Below, in pieces: positions 27,361 through 36,038 of a DNA stretch of 64,000 nucleotides. The translations under genes and the position numbers were made by a program. The stretch's first letter is position 1, and the number at the start of each line of letters is the position of its first letter. Source of the DNA: Myxococcota bacterium. GTDB taxonomy: Bacteria > Myxococcota_A > UBA796 > CAJQPC01. The notes under the pieces were generated by a model. The model had not been told where the DNA came from. It did no database searches and worked only from the letters and a program-made list of their open reading frames with translations. The DNA lies in assembly GCA_036012755.1 (NCBI GenBank), contig DASCPX010000009.1, forward strand, positions 1 to 64,000, in the 5' to 3' direction.

Positions 27361-29493
27361 TCAGTCGGGCAGTCGATCAGCCGGGACAAGCCGCTCCACC
27401 TCCCCGTCCCACTCCACCCGAAACAGCGGCGCCTCCCCATCATGGCGGACGGGGCCCTCGCCGTCCCGAAAGAACAGCCGTCCGCTCGATCCCCACAGCG
27501 CGCGAACCCGTCCGGACACCGGCTCCCAGACGCGAATCATCGCCCCACCGACACCGCCTGCGCTGCCCCCGAGCACCACCCGTCCGCCCATCCAGTGCAC
27601 CGACGCGACGTTGTCTACGGCGAGGGTGTGCGTGGGCTGCCCGCTGTCCACGGCCAGGACCTCCACCCGACCATCAGCAACGACAAGCGCGGTGTCCTGC
27701 TCGGGATGGACCGCGACCGCAGCGATCCCCGCCCGCTGCCAGCGAAGCGTGCCGTCCGTCCAGCAGCACAGTGCCCCGGCTTCGTCCCGGCTCAGCAGCG
27801 CGCCGCCCGCAGACCACGCCGCATCGCACACCTTCGCGGCGGACTCCAGCACCCGCAGTCCGTCCCCCGGCGTCCACAGCAGCAGCCTGGCGGAGCGGTC
27901 CACCACGGCGATCTGTGCCCCCATCACCCACTGCTTGACTGCACAGACATCGGCGATGGGACAGGCCGCCAACCGTGCCCCGGTCTCCACACACCACACC
28001 GCAGCCGCGTCCTGGTCACGGATCAGGATCTGGGCATCGTCCAGCCAGCCCAGGACCGCCTCCCCCGGCAGCATGATCACTACACCGGACGCCTGCCAGA
28101 TCCGGATCCCGAACGGCGTCTTGTCGGTGGTGGTCACCGCCAGACGTCCCCCGCCCGGCGCCCACGATCCACCAGGAACCCCGGTCATCGATCCGACCCA
28201 GTCGGTCGACACGAAGCACGCCTGCTCGGTCCAGTCCGCCGTCGACCAGATCCGCAAGCTGCCGTCCCAGGAAGCACTGGCCAACCAGGCGCCGTCCGCG
28301 GAGAAGCGGGCGTACATCAGCGCGCCAGTGTGCCCGATGAGTCGGGTCACCTCGCGCTCCTGCGCCAGATCGCAGACGATGAGCGCGCCGCCTTCACCGG
28401 ACAGCACGAGGTGCTCGCCCCACTGCACCCCGATCTGCCCCGTCGGCGGGGACTCCGGGTCGATGGCCACCGCCCGCACCGCGCCGCCCTCGTCGACCAC
28501 GACCAGGCGATAGTCGGGCCAGACGAAGGTCCGCCCGTCCGGGAGGATCCCCGCGATCAGCGCATCCATCTCCCCGAACAGCTCCAGCAGCACCGCCCCC
28601 GACTCTGCGTCGATGAGGCAGACATCGCCGGTGTCATCGACCACCACGACCGCCGCTTCCCCCACCCAGGCCGCGGCGTTGGGGCAGACGAATTCCGCCT
28701 CGGGCAGGCTCAGGACGGACGCATCGGTCAGGTCGACCATCGCCACGGACGAGTCACCGGTCAGCAGGAGCCGCTCGCCGGACGGACTGAGGTGGACGTT
28801 CCCGAACAGCCGCGGCAGCAGGACCGGCTCAGACGGCGCCCCGACCAACAACTGCAGCGTCGGCGGGGCTCCCAGAAGCGCGCATTCCTGGCCATCCGCC
28901 CACCAGAAGACCGCCAGCGTCTCCGAGCGAACCGACGCGACCGCCCCGGTGGTCAGATCGAACAGCACGGTCTGATTCTCGCCGTAGCCGCCCCTCGAAC
29001 CGATGGCCAGGATGCGCCCGTCGGGACCGATGCGCAGCGCCTTTCCGTAGTTGAGGAAGTCCGTGCCCTCCGGCCAGGGCAGCACTCGCCATGCCCCGGT
29101 CGCCGGTGTCCAGGAGAACAGCCCCACGTCCGACACCACCCCGATGAGCGTCTGGCTGTCTGATGTCCAACACAGCGGACCCCGGCCCCCTGCGCGGAAG
29201 GCGTGGCGCTTCTTGGTCCGGGTGTCGAAGACCTCGATCCCGTCTCCCTCCAGAGCCAGCCAGGCACCGTCCGGACTCCAGGTCGGCGCCCGGGCGTACA
29301 GCGGCAGCCGATGACGGGCCACCACCCGCCAGGGATCCGGCGTCAGCCAGAGCATGGTGGTCTTCGACCTGGCTGGAAGGGGACCACCGCTGCCCAGCGA
29401 CGAGATCACCACCGCACCGCGACCATCCGGCGCCCCAGCCGCCATCCCTGCTCCCGAGAACAACCCCGGGAGGCCATCAAGCCACGCCGCCAT
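27361..29493 (-). CDS. WD40/beta-propeller repeat protein
   Basis: WSPDG.WLA, GHTG......FSADG.WLASASWDGSLRIW, IRIWQ, IRVWE repeats; 710 aa. Confidence 0.8.
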   Translation of the reverse strand: MAAWLDGLPGLFSGAGMAAGAPDGRGAVVISSLGSGGPLPARSKTTMLWLTPDPWRVVARHRLPLYARAPTWSPDGAWLALEGDGIEVFDTRTKKRHAFRAGGRGPLCWTSDSQTLIGVVSDVGLFSWTPATGAWRVLPWPEGTDFLNYGKALRIGPDGRILAIGSRGGYGENQTVLFDLTTGAVASVRSETLAVFWWADGQECALLGAPPTLQLLVGAPSEPVLLPRLFGNVHLSPSGERLLLTGDSSVAMVDLTDASVLSLPEAEFVCPNAAAWVGEAAVVVVDDTGDVCLIDAESGAVLLELFGEMDALIAGILPDGRTFVWPDYRLVVVDEGGAVRAVAIDPESPPTGQIGVQWGEHLVLSGEGGALIVCDLAQEREVTRLIGHTGALMYARFSADGAWLASASWDGSLRIWSTADWTEQACFVSTDWVGSMTGVPGGSWAPGGGRLAVTTTDKTPFGIRIWQASGVVIMLPGEAVLGWLDDAQILIRDQDAAAVWCVETGARLAACPIADVCAVKQWVMGAQIAVVDRSARLLLWTPGDGLRVLESAAKVCDAAWSAGGALLSRDEAGALCCWTDGTLRWQRAGIAAVAVHPEQDTALVVADGRVEVLAVDSGQPTHTLAVDNVASVHWMGGRVVLGGSAGGVGGAMIRVWEPVSGRVRALWGSSGRLFFRDGEGPVRHDGEAPLFRVEWDGEVERLVPADRLPD

Positions 29494-29499
29494 CGCTCC

Positions 29500-29655
29500 T
29501 CCGCGGCGGGGCCAATCCTGACGTGCCCGTCACGGGCCGAGGACGAGGAAGGTCTCGCCCGCATCCCACGCCGTCGTGTCGCTCCCGGCCAATCCCAGCA
29601 GCATATCGTTCACCCCATCTCCGTCGACGTCTCCGATGCCCGCGGCCCGCTGGGA
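29500..29655 (-). pseudogene. Remnant of an FG-GAP repeat gene
   Basis: Reads AAGIGDVDGDGVNDMLLG....TTAWDAGETFLVLGP then continues VTGTSGL after a 1-nt shift; resembles GDTDGDGNNDIVIG...SAWDAGAAYVVLGPVT in 13672-15711; no start or context of its own. Confidence 0.6.
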
Positions 29656-29663
29656 CATGCACC

Positions 29664-30494
29664 TCAGTCTTCGGTGTCCGTCGCCGGGCTCTCGACCGGG
29701 GGGATGGTCAGTCGTTCGGCGAGCGATCCTGTCCCAGCGGCGGCGAACTCGGCGACCGCATCCGTCCCTCCCAGCCGCTGCACCGCTCCCCACACGGCGC
29801 GGGCGTCGGCCGCCTTGGCTGCGTCGTCGGTGGGGGGCTCGATGTCGAGGTCCCGGTACAGGCCGTTGGAGAGGGCGAACGCAGCCATCGGGACATCCGA
29901 GGCCAGCGCGTCGCGAACCGATGTCGCGTCCTGAGCGGACTTCTCTGCCGCGTCGCGGGCGAGGATTCGCTTCTCGGCGGCGTTGTTGTAGGCGCAGAGG
30001 ACCGCGGCCCAGTGGACCGCGTAGGGCGTCTCGCCCCACTCGATGAGGGGGGCGTTCATCCCCTTCGCGATGTCGGCCGCCAGTCGCCAGGCTTCATCGT
30101 CCTTTGGCGTGTAGCAGATGTTCGCCGTGCTTGGGCACTGCCCGCGGTGAGCGGCGTACGCGACGGGCGCGGTGCTCACGGAAGGCGCGAAGCCATAGAA
30201 GCCGTCGACCTTGTACTCGCCGGTGTAGAAGTCCTCTGGCGCATGGAACGTGGGTCGAGTGGCTTCGCCCACCACCTCTCGCACGGACGCGAACGCGTAG
30301 ACCCGACCCAAGGCGTCGTACCACTCGCCGCCCATCTCCACCGCTTCGAGCGTCTCCCACTCGACCGGGAACAGCGGCCCTGGGGGATCCATGGGGTCGA
30401 TGTGGGTGCGATCCGGGAGCGGGTCGGGCACCGGAGCGGGCTCGACGCACAGGTCTGCCGCGGGCATCGCCCAGGCAGAAGCGATCCACATCAT
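29664..30494 (-). CDS. Hypothetical exported protein
   Basis: Starts MMWIASAWA at an ATGA overlap with the upstream SRPBCC gene; no recognisable motif. Confidence 0.55.
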   Translation of the reverse strand: MMWIASAWAMPAADLCVEPAPVPDPLPDRTHIDPMDPPGPLFPVEWETLEAVEMGGEWYDALGRVYAFASVREVVGEATRPTFHAPEDFYTGEYKVDGFYGFAPSVSTAPVAYAAHRGQCPSTANICYTPKDDEAWRLAADIAKGMNAPLIEWGETPYAVHWAAVLCAYNNAAEKRILARDAAEKSAQDATSVRDALASDVPMAAFALSNGLYRDLDIEPPTDDAAKAADARAVWGAVQRLGGTDAVAEFAAAGTGSLAERLTIPPVESPATDTED

Positions 30495-31039
30495 GGGCGC
30501 TCCGTCTCGGCCCGCCTGCGCTGACCTTCGAGCTGCTCGCTCATCGAGCCCCCGACCAGGGCCTTCTTGATCCACATCGGCGTGCCCCCAGCGCTGATGT
30601 CGGCGGTGTACATCATCCGGCTGTGCTCCCCGCGGGCGTAGACCTGGTAGGCTCCGTCGGAGGCGGAGATGTCGTTTTCGTAGCTCTCGTCGAGGTGGTA
30701 CTCGGTGTAGTTCTCGGCCCTGTCGACGGTGTAGAGGATGTGGAAGTCGGCCGAGAAGCCGATCAGGCTGGCCTCGAACTTCGCGCCGATGATGTCGGTC
30801 TCCTCGCGGTAGAGGCTGACCTTGTCGAGGTTGTCGATGTCCCCGGCGCGGGCTGGCAGATCGAGCACGGCGGCGAGGACCACATCAGGCGGGGCGTCGA
30901 TGTCGATGAAGGCCACGACCGAGCTCTCGCTCTCTGTGCGCACGACGATCTCGCGAGCATCCAGGGCCTTGGTCTCGGCCTCCGTCAGCTCGGGCAGGGT
31001 GACGGGACCGGCGAAGGCACTGGCGAGTAGCAACCACAC
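30491..31039 (-). CDS. SRPBCC/START (polyketide cyclase-like) ligand-binding protein, exported
   Basis: Signal MWLLLASAFA; IDIDAPPDVV...V.D, DI....G.Y.V, P.WIKK.L C-terminal helix. Confidence 0.6.
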   Translation of the reverse strand: MWLLLASAFAGPVTLPELTEAETKALDAREIVVRTESESSVVAFIDIDAPPDVVLAAVLDLPARAGDIDNLDKVSLYREETDIIGAKFEASLIGFSADFHILYTVDRAENYTEYHLDESYENDISASDGAYQVYARGEHSRMMYTADISAGGTPMWIKKALVGGSMSEQLEGQRRRAETERP

Positions 31040-31093
31040 AGCTGGAAGCTAACCGTCCGGGGAGCGTCATCCAGGCAGGAGGCAACACCCGGA

Positions 31094-31099
31094 TAGGCT
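31094..31099 (+). promoter_or_regulatory. Putative -10 element (TAGGCT) for the second radical SAM block; divergent partner TAGCTT at 31046-31051 (- strand)
   Basis: TANNNT 7 nt before GTG 31107 and 6 nt before GTG 31039 on the opposite strand. Confidence 0.45.
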
Positions 31100-31106
31100 A
31101 CTGGCC

Positions 31107-32339
31107 GTGGAAGCGAGCCACCGGACCAAGGGCCTGTTGCGGCTGACGATGGCGTGCAACGAGCGCTGTCCCTTCTGCAACGTGCCCGCCGAGGACCACC
31201 CCGGTCACCCGACCCCCGACGAGGACCTCGAGGCGGCACTCCAGGGATTGGCCAGCCGCGGCGAGCGGACGGCGACCATCTCCGGAGGGGAGCCGACCAT
31301 CCTCCGGAAGCGACTGGTGGCCCTCGTCGCCAGGGCGCGGGCCCTGGGCCTGGACTTCGTCGAGCTCCAGACCAACGCCGTGCTGCTGACGCCGGACTAC
31401 GTCGAGGAGCTGCACGAGGCAGGGCTCACCTCCGCCTTCGTGAGCCTCCTCGCGGACAACGAAGTCGACCACGACGCACTCGCCGGACTCGGGGGCGCCT
31501 TCGAGCGCTGCCTCGCCGGCATCGACGCCCTCCTCGACGACCGCATCCCGGTCACGCTCAACCCGGTCTTCACGGCGCGGACCCAGGGGCTCCCACCTCG
31601 CTACATCGCCTTCGTCAGCGAGCGCTTCCCGGGCATCGCCCACATCTCGATGAGCGCCGTGCAACCCCACGGGCGAGCCGCCGACGGTGCCATGCTGCCC
31701 GACTACGCCGTGTTGGGTCCGGCGATCACAGAGGCGCGGGAGATCGCATCAGAGCGCGGGATCGAGCTCTTGAACCCCTACTGCGGGCTGCCGCTGTGCG
31801 CAGGCTGGGCGGACGACCTGGAGCACTGCGTGGAGAGCCTGGACCCCTCGACGGGACCCGGACTGGACAACGCCGGGAACAAGGCCTTCGGCCCCCCTTG
31901 CCGTCGCTGCGCCCTGCGGCCGGCCTGCGGAGGCGCTTGGCACGCCTACTGGACGGAGCGCGGAGGCAGCGGACTCCAGGCTCCCGTCCAGAAGCACCCA
32001 CCCTGGGACGGAGCACCGACGACAGAGGCTGCGACGGTCTGGGGCCACGACCTCCAGGATGACGCCACGGACCTCGCCCTCACCTGGAACCCGGACGATC
32101 TGCCCACCTTGAAGCGCATACGACAGTTCATCTCCGGCCAGGCCGGACGCCCCGGTCGCCAGCGGGTCCAGGTCGCCCTGGGCATACGGGTCGCCGGCCT
32201 GGGAGAGGCCGCGGTGCTGGAGCTGGTGCGCATGGCCAACGCCATCGGCGTGACGCAGGTTGGGCTCCTCGGGGGGCACGCCGAGCTGGCCAGGAAGCTG
32301 GAGTCGATCGGTGGACTCCCGGTCGAGGCGCGGCCATGA
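31107..32339 (+). CDS. Radical SAM enzyme 4 (HxsC-like, with C-terminal extension)
   Basis: CNERCPFC, SGGEPT, LQTNA, CGLPLC, CRRCALRPACGG. Confidence 0.88.
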   Translation: MEASHRTKGLLRLTMACNERCPFCNVPAEDHPGHPTPDEDLEAALQGLASRGERTATISGGEPTILRKRLVALVARARALGLDFVELQTNAVLLTPDYVEELHEAGLTSAFVSLLADNEVDHDALAGLGGAFERCLAGIDALLDDRIPVTLNPVFTARTQGLPPRYIAFVSERFPGIAHISMSAVQPHGRAADGAMLPDYAVLGPAITEAREIASERGIELLNPYCGLPLCAGWADDLEHCVESLDPSTGPGLDNAGNKAFGPPCRRCALRPACGGAWHAYWTERGGSGLQAPVQKHPPWDGAPTTEAATVWGHDLQDDATDLALTWNPDDLPTLKRIRQFISGQAGRPGRQRVQVALGIRVAGLGEAAVLELVRMANAIGVTQVGLLGGHAELARKLESIGGLPVEARP

Positions 32340-33229
32340 AGAACCTCGTCGCAGCCTTCTCGACTCGCTTCCGCGGACACACCGACCGCGGCTGGGACCT
32401 TCCCCATCCGCCCCTGGAGGCGCTGGTCCAGCTCGCGGACGAAGACGACGTCGTGCTCGGCGGCGGCGAGCCCACCCTCAGACCGGACCTGCCTCGCCTG
32501 CTGGCAGCCATCCCGACGGCTCGCCTGCACACCGACGGCCTGGCCTTCGCAGAGGGCCTCCAGGGGCTGGAGCTCCAGCGCGTTCGCATCGACTTCCACT
32601 GCGCGCGACAGGACGCACACGACTGGCTGGTCGGCCAGAAGGGAGCTGCCCGATCAGCGGTCCGAGCCATCCGCACCTGCCTGGAGGCGGGGCTCGACGT
32701 GGAGGTCGAGGTGCTGCTGACGCGCCCGACACTGCCCCACATCGAGGAGACGCTGGCTGTGCTGGAGTCACTGGGCGTGCAGCAGACGCGCCTGCGCCCG
32801 ATCGAGCGCCGTGGACCAGCGGCGGAGCACTACCTCGCGCTGGCGCCCCCGCTGACCGGTCTCCGACGACCCATCGTGCAGGGCGAGCTCTGGCACGCCC
32901 CAGGGGACCACCCCCTGGCCCAGCCTCTGGTGGCGAGCGACTCCAGCGGCCTCGGCAGGCGCCGCAGCATGCGCTCGGGAGGGGCCTCCATCGACCTGCG
33001 CGCTGCCCCTACACGCGCCCTCCGACAGCGCATGGTGAGCCTGGCCGAGCAGCATGACAGCCTGGATGTCCTGGTCGACCTGGAGCGACCCGAGTCCCCG
33101 GAGTTGATCACGGACTGCCTGCGGCTGTTCGCGACCGTCGACGCGGTGGCCACCGGGTCCTCCGAGCACTGGTCGAAGGCCGAGCTGCGCCACTTGAGGC
33201 GGCTCACGACCCTGACAGAGGCGAAGTAG
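32336..33229 (+). CDS. Degenerate radical-SAM-fold protein lacking CxxxCxxC
   Basis: Retains LGGGEPTLRPDL, LHTDG, HD.LVG..GA....RAI but has no N-terminal Cys triad; ATGA overlap with rSAM4. Confidence 0.7.
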   Translation: MKNLVAAFSTRFRGHTDRGWDLPHPPLEALVQLADEDDVVLGGGEPTLRPDLPRLLAAIPTARLHTDGLAFAEGLQGLELQRVRIDFHCARQDAHDWLVGQKGAARSAVRAIRTCLEAGLDVEVEVLLTRPTLPHIEETLAVLESLGVQQTRLRPIERRGPAAEHYLALAPPLTGLRRPIVQGELWHAPGDHPLAQPLVASDSSGLGRRRSMRSGGASIDLRAAPTRALRQRMVSLAEQHDSLDVLVDLERPESPELITDCLRLFATVDAVATGSSEHWSKAELRHLRRLTTLTEAK

Positions 33230-33237
33230 GATCCGCC

Positions 33238-34986
33238 ATGGACTCCCGCGCCCGGACCCTCGAGCACGAGCGCATCGCGAGCAGGCCGAAGCACTGGGTG
33301 CGGCTGACCACGGCCTGCAACAACAAGTGCCTGTTCTGCCTGGACATGGACACCCCTCGCAACGTCTACCTCGCGACAGAGGACATCGAGGCCGACATCC
33401 GCCGCGGGCACGTCGAGCTCGGCGCCGCAAAGGTCATCCTCAGCGGCGGCGAAGCCAGCGTCCACCCGCTGTTCTCACGCTTCATCCGCTTCGCCCTCGA
33501 GATCGGCTACGAGCGCGTCCAGACCGTGACCAACGGGCTCCGCTACGGCGACCGCCGGTTCTTCGACGAGGTCATGGACGCTGGCCTCGGCGAGATCACC
33601 TTCAGCCTGCATGGCCACGACGCCGCGCTCCACGACCGCCTCGTACAGACCCCCGGCAGCTTCGAGCTGCTCATGAAGGGGCTGCTGCGGGCGGTCCGAC
33701 ATCGCGACCGGCACGGCTGGCCCATCGTGAACATCGACGTGGTCATCAACTCGCAGAACGTCGGGGTCCTCGACCGCATCGTCGAGCTCGGCGTGAGCGT
33801 CGGCGTCAAGGAGTACGACCTGCTGCACGTCATCCCGCAGGCAGAGGCCTACAGGAATCGCGAGCAGCTCTTCTACGAGGTGCGGGAGCACCTGCCCGTC
33901 CTCCAGAAGGTCTTCAGGCTCAACCGCCGGGACGACTTCCACATCTGGACGAACCGCTTCCCGGTGGCCTACCTCGAAGGCCTCGAGGACCTCATCCAGG
34001 ATCCCCACAAGATGATCGACGAGGTCAGGGGCCGGCGCTTCCATGTCCGGCGCTACCTCGACTCGGGGACGCCGCTGGACTGCCGGCAGCCAGAGCGCTG
34101 CGAGCACTGCTTCATCGAGCCCTTCTGCACGACCATGGAGCGGACCATCGAGGCCCAGAACGGACACCGAGTAGACCTGTGGCACGTCGGTGGAGGGTCC
34201 TGGAGCGGTCCCCTGCCCTTCGGGGCCTGCCGTCTTGGTGTGATCCGTGAACGATATGAGGATCTTCCGACCGATTACCCGCTGCTGGTCGAGACCTCTA
34301 CGACGGAGCTGCCCGAACCTGGGGACGTCATCCTCGTCGCGAAGACCGCAGAGCAGTGTGCAGCCTGGCTCGGCCACGACATGGTCGTCCGCCTGAACCC
34401 CTCTACGGCACCGTGGCTGCTGGCGAACGTGAACGCTCTGCATGACCTACGCATCCACCAGCCGACCTGGACGAAGACGGAGGAGGCGGTCGCGGGTGAC
34501 CTGCGCGACCCCGCGGGCTTCTTCCGCCAGCTGAAGCGCCGTGTGCCCGTGAGCGGCCTGCCCGCTTGCCTGGCACCCGGGATGGAGCTGGTCCGAGTGC
34601 CGAGACGACTCGACGCGGCGCTCTTCCACGAAGGCCGCCTCCACTGGGAGGCCCTGGCGGCCTTCCACGTCGAGCACCACTACAGGGCGCGCTCGGTGCG
34701 CTGTGACGACTGCCCGGTGTCGGAGCTCTGCGAGGGCATCTCCATCCACATGATCCGAGCCCAGGGTCTGGGGCTCTGCCAGCCGCTGGAGGGTGACCAC
34801 GCCCGCGACGCGCGCGAGCAGCTCAGCGCACTCCCCAAGCGCATCGCCCAGGGCCTGCCGCCGCAGCCGGTGGCAGCCAGCCTGCCGGGTCACCCGCCAC
34901 CATCGGAGCCTCCGGAGGATCCCCTGCGCCAGCCCAACGGGCTCCGTCGCTCGGACTTCCTGCGAGGCGGGCGCGAGGTCGTCTGA
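33238..34986 (+). CDS. Radical SAM enzyme 6 (582 aa, two C-terminal Cys modules)
   Basis: CNNKCLFC, SGGEAS, VTNG, SLHG...HD.LV..PGSF; C.....CEHCFIEPFC, then GLPAC ... CDDCPVSELCEG. Confidence 0.88.
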   Translation: MDSRARTLEHERIASRPKHWVRLTTACNNKCLFCLDMDTPRNVYLATEDIEADIRRGHVELGAAKVILSGGEASVHPLFSRFIRFALEIGYERVQTVTNGLRYGDRRFFDEVMDAGLGEITFSLHGHDAALHDRLVQTPGSFELLMKGLLRAVRHRDRHGWPIVNIDVVINSQNVGVLDRIVELGVSVGVKEYDLLHVIPQAEAYRNREQLFYEVREHLPVLQKVFRLNRRDDFHIWTNRFPVAYLEGLEDLIQDPHKMIDEVRGRRFHVRRYLDSGTPLDCRQPERCEHCFIEPFCTTMERTIEAQNGHRVDLWHVGGGSWSGPLPFGACRLGVIRERYEDLPTDYPLLVETSTTELPEPGDVILVAKTAEQCAAWLGHDMVVRLNPSTAPWLLANVNALHDLRIHQPTWTKTEEAVAGDLRDPAGFFRQLKRRVPVSGLPACLAPGMELVRVPRRLDAALFHEGRLHWEALAAFHVEHHYRARSVRCDDCPVSELCEGISIHMIRAQGLGLCQPLEGDHARDAREQLSALPKRIAQGLPPQPVAASLPGHPPPSEPPEDPLRQPNGLRRSDFLRGGREVV

Positions 34987-36038
34987 TGGCAAACCTGGGC
35001 TACCTCCAGCTCACCCGCAACTGCCTCCAGTCGTGCCGCTTCTGCTCCAACCCACCGACCGGGATGGGGCTCGACGAAGATCAGATGCGTGGTCTGATCG
35101 ACGAGCTCGCCGACCGGGACTACGACGGCGTGATCCTCACGGGAGGAGAGCCGAGCCTCTCGCCGCTGCTGTTCTTGGCCCTGGCCCATGCCGCCGAACG
35201 CGGCCTCCACAGCCGCATGATCACCAACGGCCAGAGCCTGGCAGACGCCGAGTTCTTCCGGCGCTGCGTGGACGCAGGCCTGTCCCACGTCCACTTGAGC
35301 CTCCACAGCTACAGAGCCGAGGTCCACGACTTCATCACCCGCTACCCGGGCAGCTACGAGGCCATCGTCCGGTGCCTGGAACTCGTGCCGGAGATGGGCA
35401 TCACAGCTGACATCAACTGCGTCATCAACGCCTACAACTCCGACCACCTCCACCACAGCGCGATCTGGATCACCGAGCACTTCCCGTGGGTGCGCCACTT
35501 CGTCTGGAACAACATGGATCCCGATGGCAACCGGGCAGAGGACAACCCCGACTGCATCCCCAGGCACTACGAGTTCAGCCTCAGCCTGGAGCTCGCCATG
35601 AAGCACCTCCACGCCACTGGCCGGACCTTCCGCGCTGAGCGGGTTCCGCTGTGCTCGATGCCGGCGTTTCCCTGGGCCTCGACCGAGACACGCAAGATCG
35701 TCAAGGAGGAGGAGCGCTGCGTCCGCTTCCTCGACGCCAAGGGCTTCGTCCAGCAGCTGGAGTTCCTCCACGGCAAGGGCGAGCCCTGCGATGCCTGTCG
35801 CTGGGACGGGATCTGCGCGGGCATGTACTCGATGGCGCGCTCCTTCGACGAGCGGGAGCTCTCGCCGGTCTTCGAGGACATCGAGCCCACCGTGCGGGCC
35901 GTGCTCGGCCGCGAGCCTGAGCCCGAGCTCCTGGAGCGACTCCAGGCCCGTCGAGGCAGGCGATCGCTGACAGAGCAGCCCTCTGAGCGACAGCGCGCGG
36001 AGGCGCTCGCCCGGCCCTTCCCTCCGGGGGCGGCTTGA
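34986..36038 (+). CDS. Radical SAM enzyme 7 (HxsC-like)
   Basis: CLQSCRFC, TGGEPS, ITNG, SLHS...HD.IT..PGSY, RVPLC, CDACRWDGICAG; TGATG overlap. Confidence 0.88.
   Translation: MANLGYLQLTRNCLQSCRFCSNPPTGMGLDEDQMRGLIDELADRDYDGVILTGGEPSLSPLLFLALAHAAERGLHSRMITNGQSLADAEFFRRCVDAGLSHVHLSLHSYRAEVHDFITRYPGSYEAIVRCLELVPEMGITADINCVINAYNSDHLHHSAIWITEHFPWVRHFVWNNMDPDGNRAEDNPDCIPRHYEFSLSLELAMKHLHATGRTFRAERVPLCSMPAFPWASTETRKIVKEEERCVRFLDAKGFVQQLEFLHGKGEPCDACRWDGICAGMYSMARSFDERELSPVFEDIEPTVRAVLGREPEPELLERLQARRGRRSLTEQPSERQRAEALARPFPPGAA

Noticed and set aside
26793..27938. 381-aa ORF with 17-aa repeats (LRIGLGSPEPPEMCNRT) as a repeat peptide precursor
   Set aside because: The repeat is near-identical and palindromic at DNA level, is open in several frames, and the ORF runs through proA debris and antisense to the WD40 gene; it is better explained as a DNA/RNA element.
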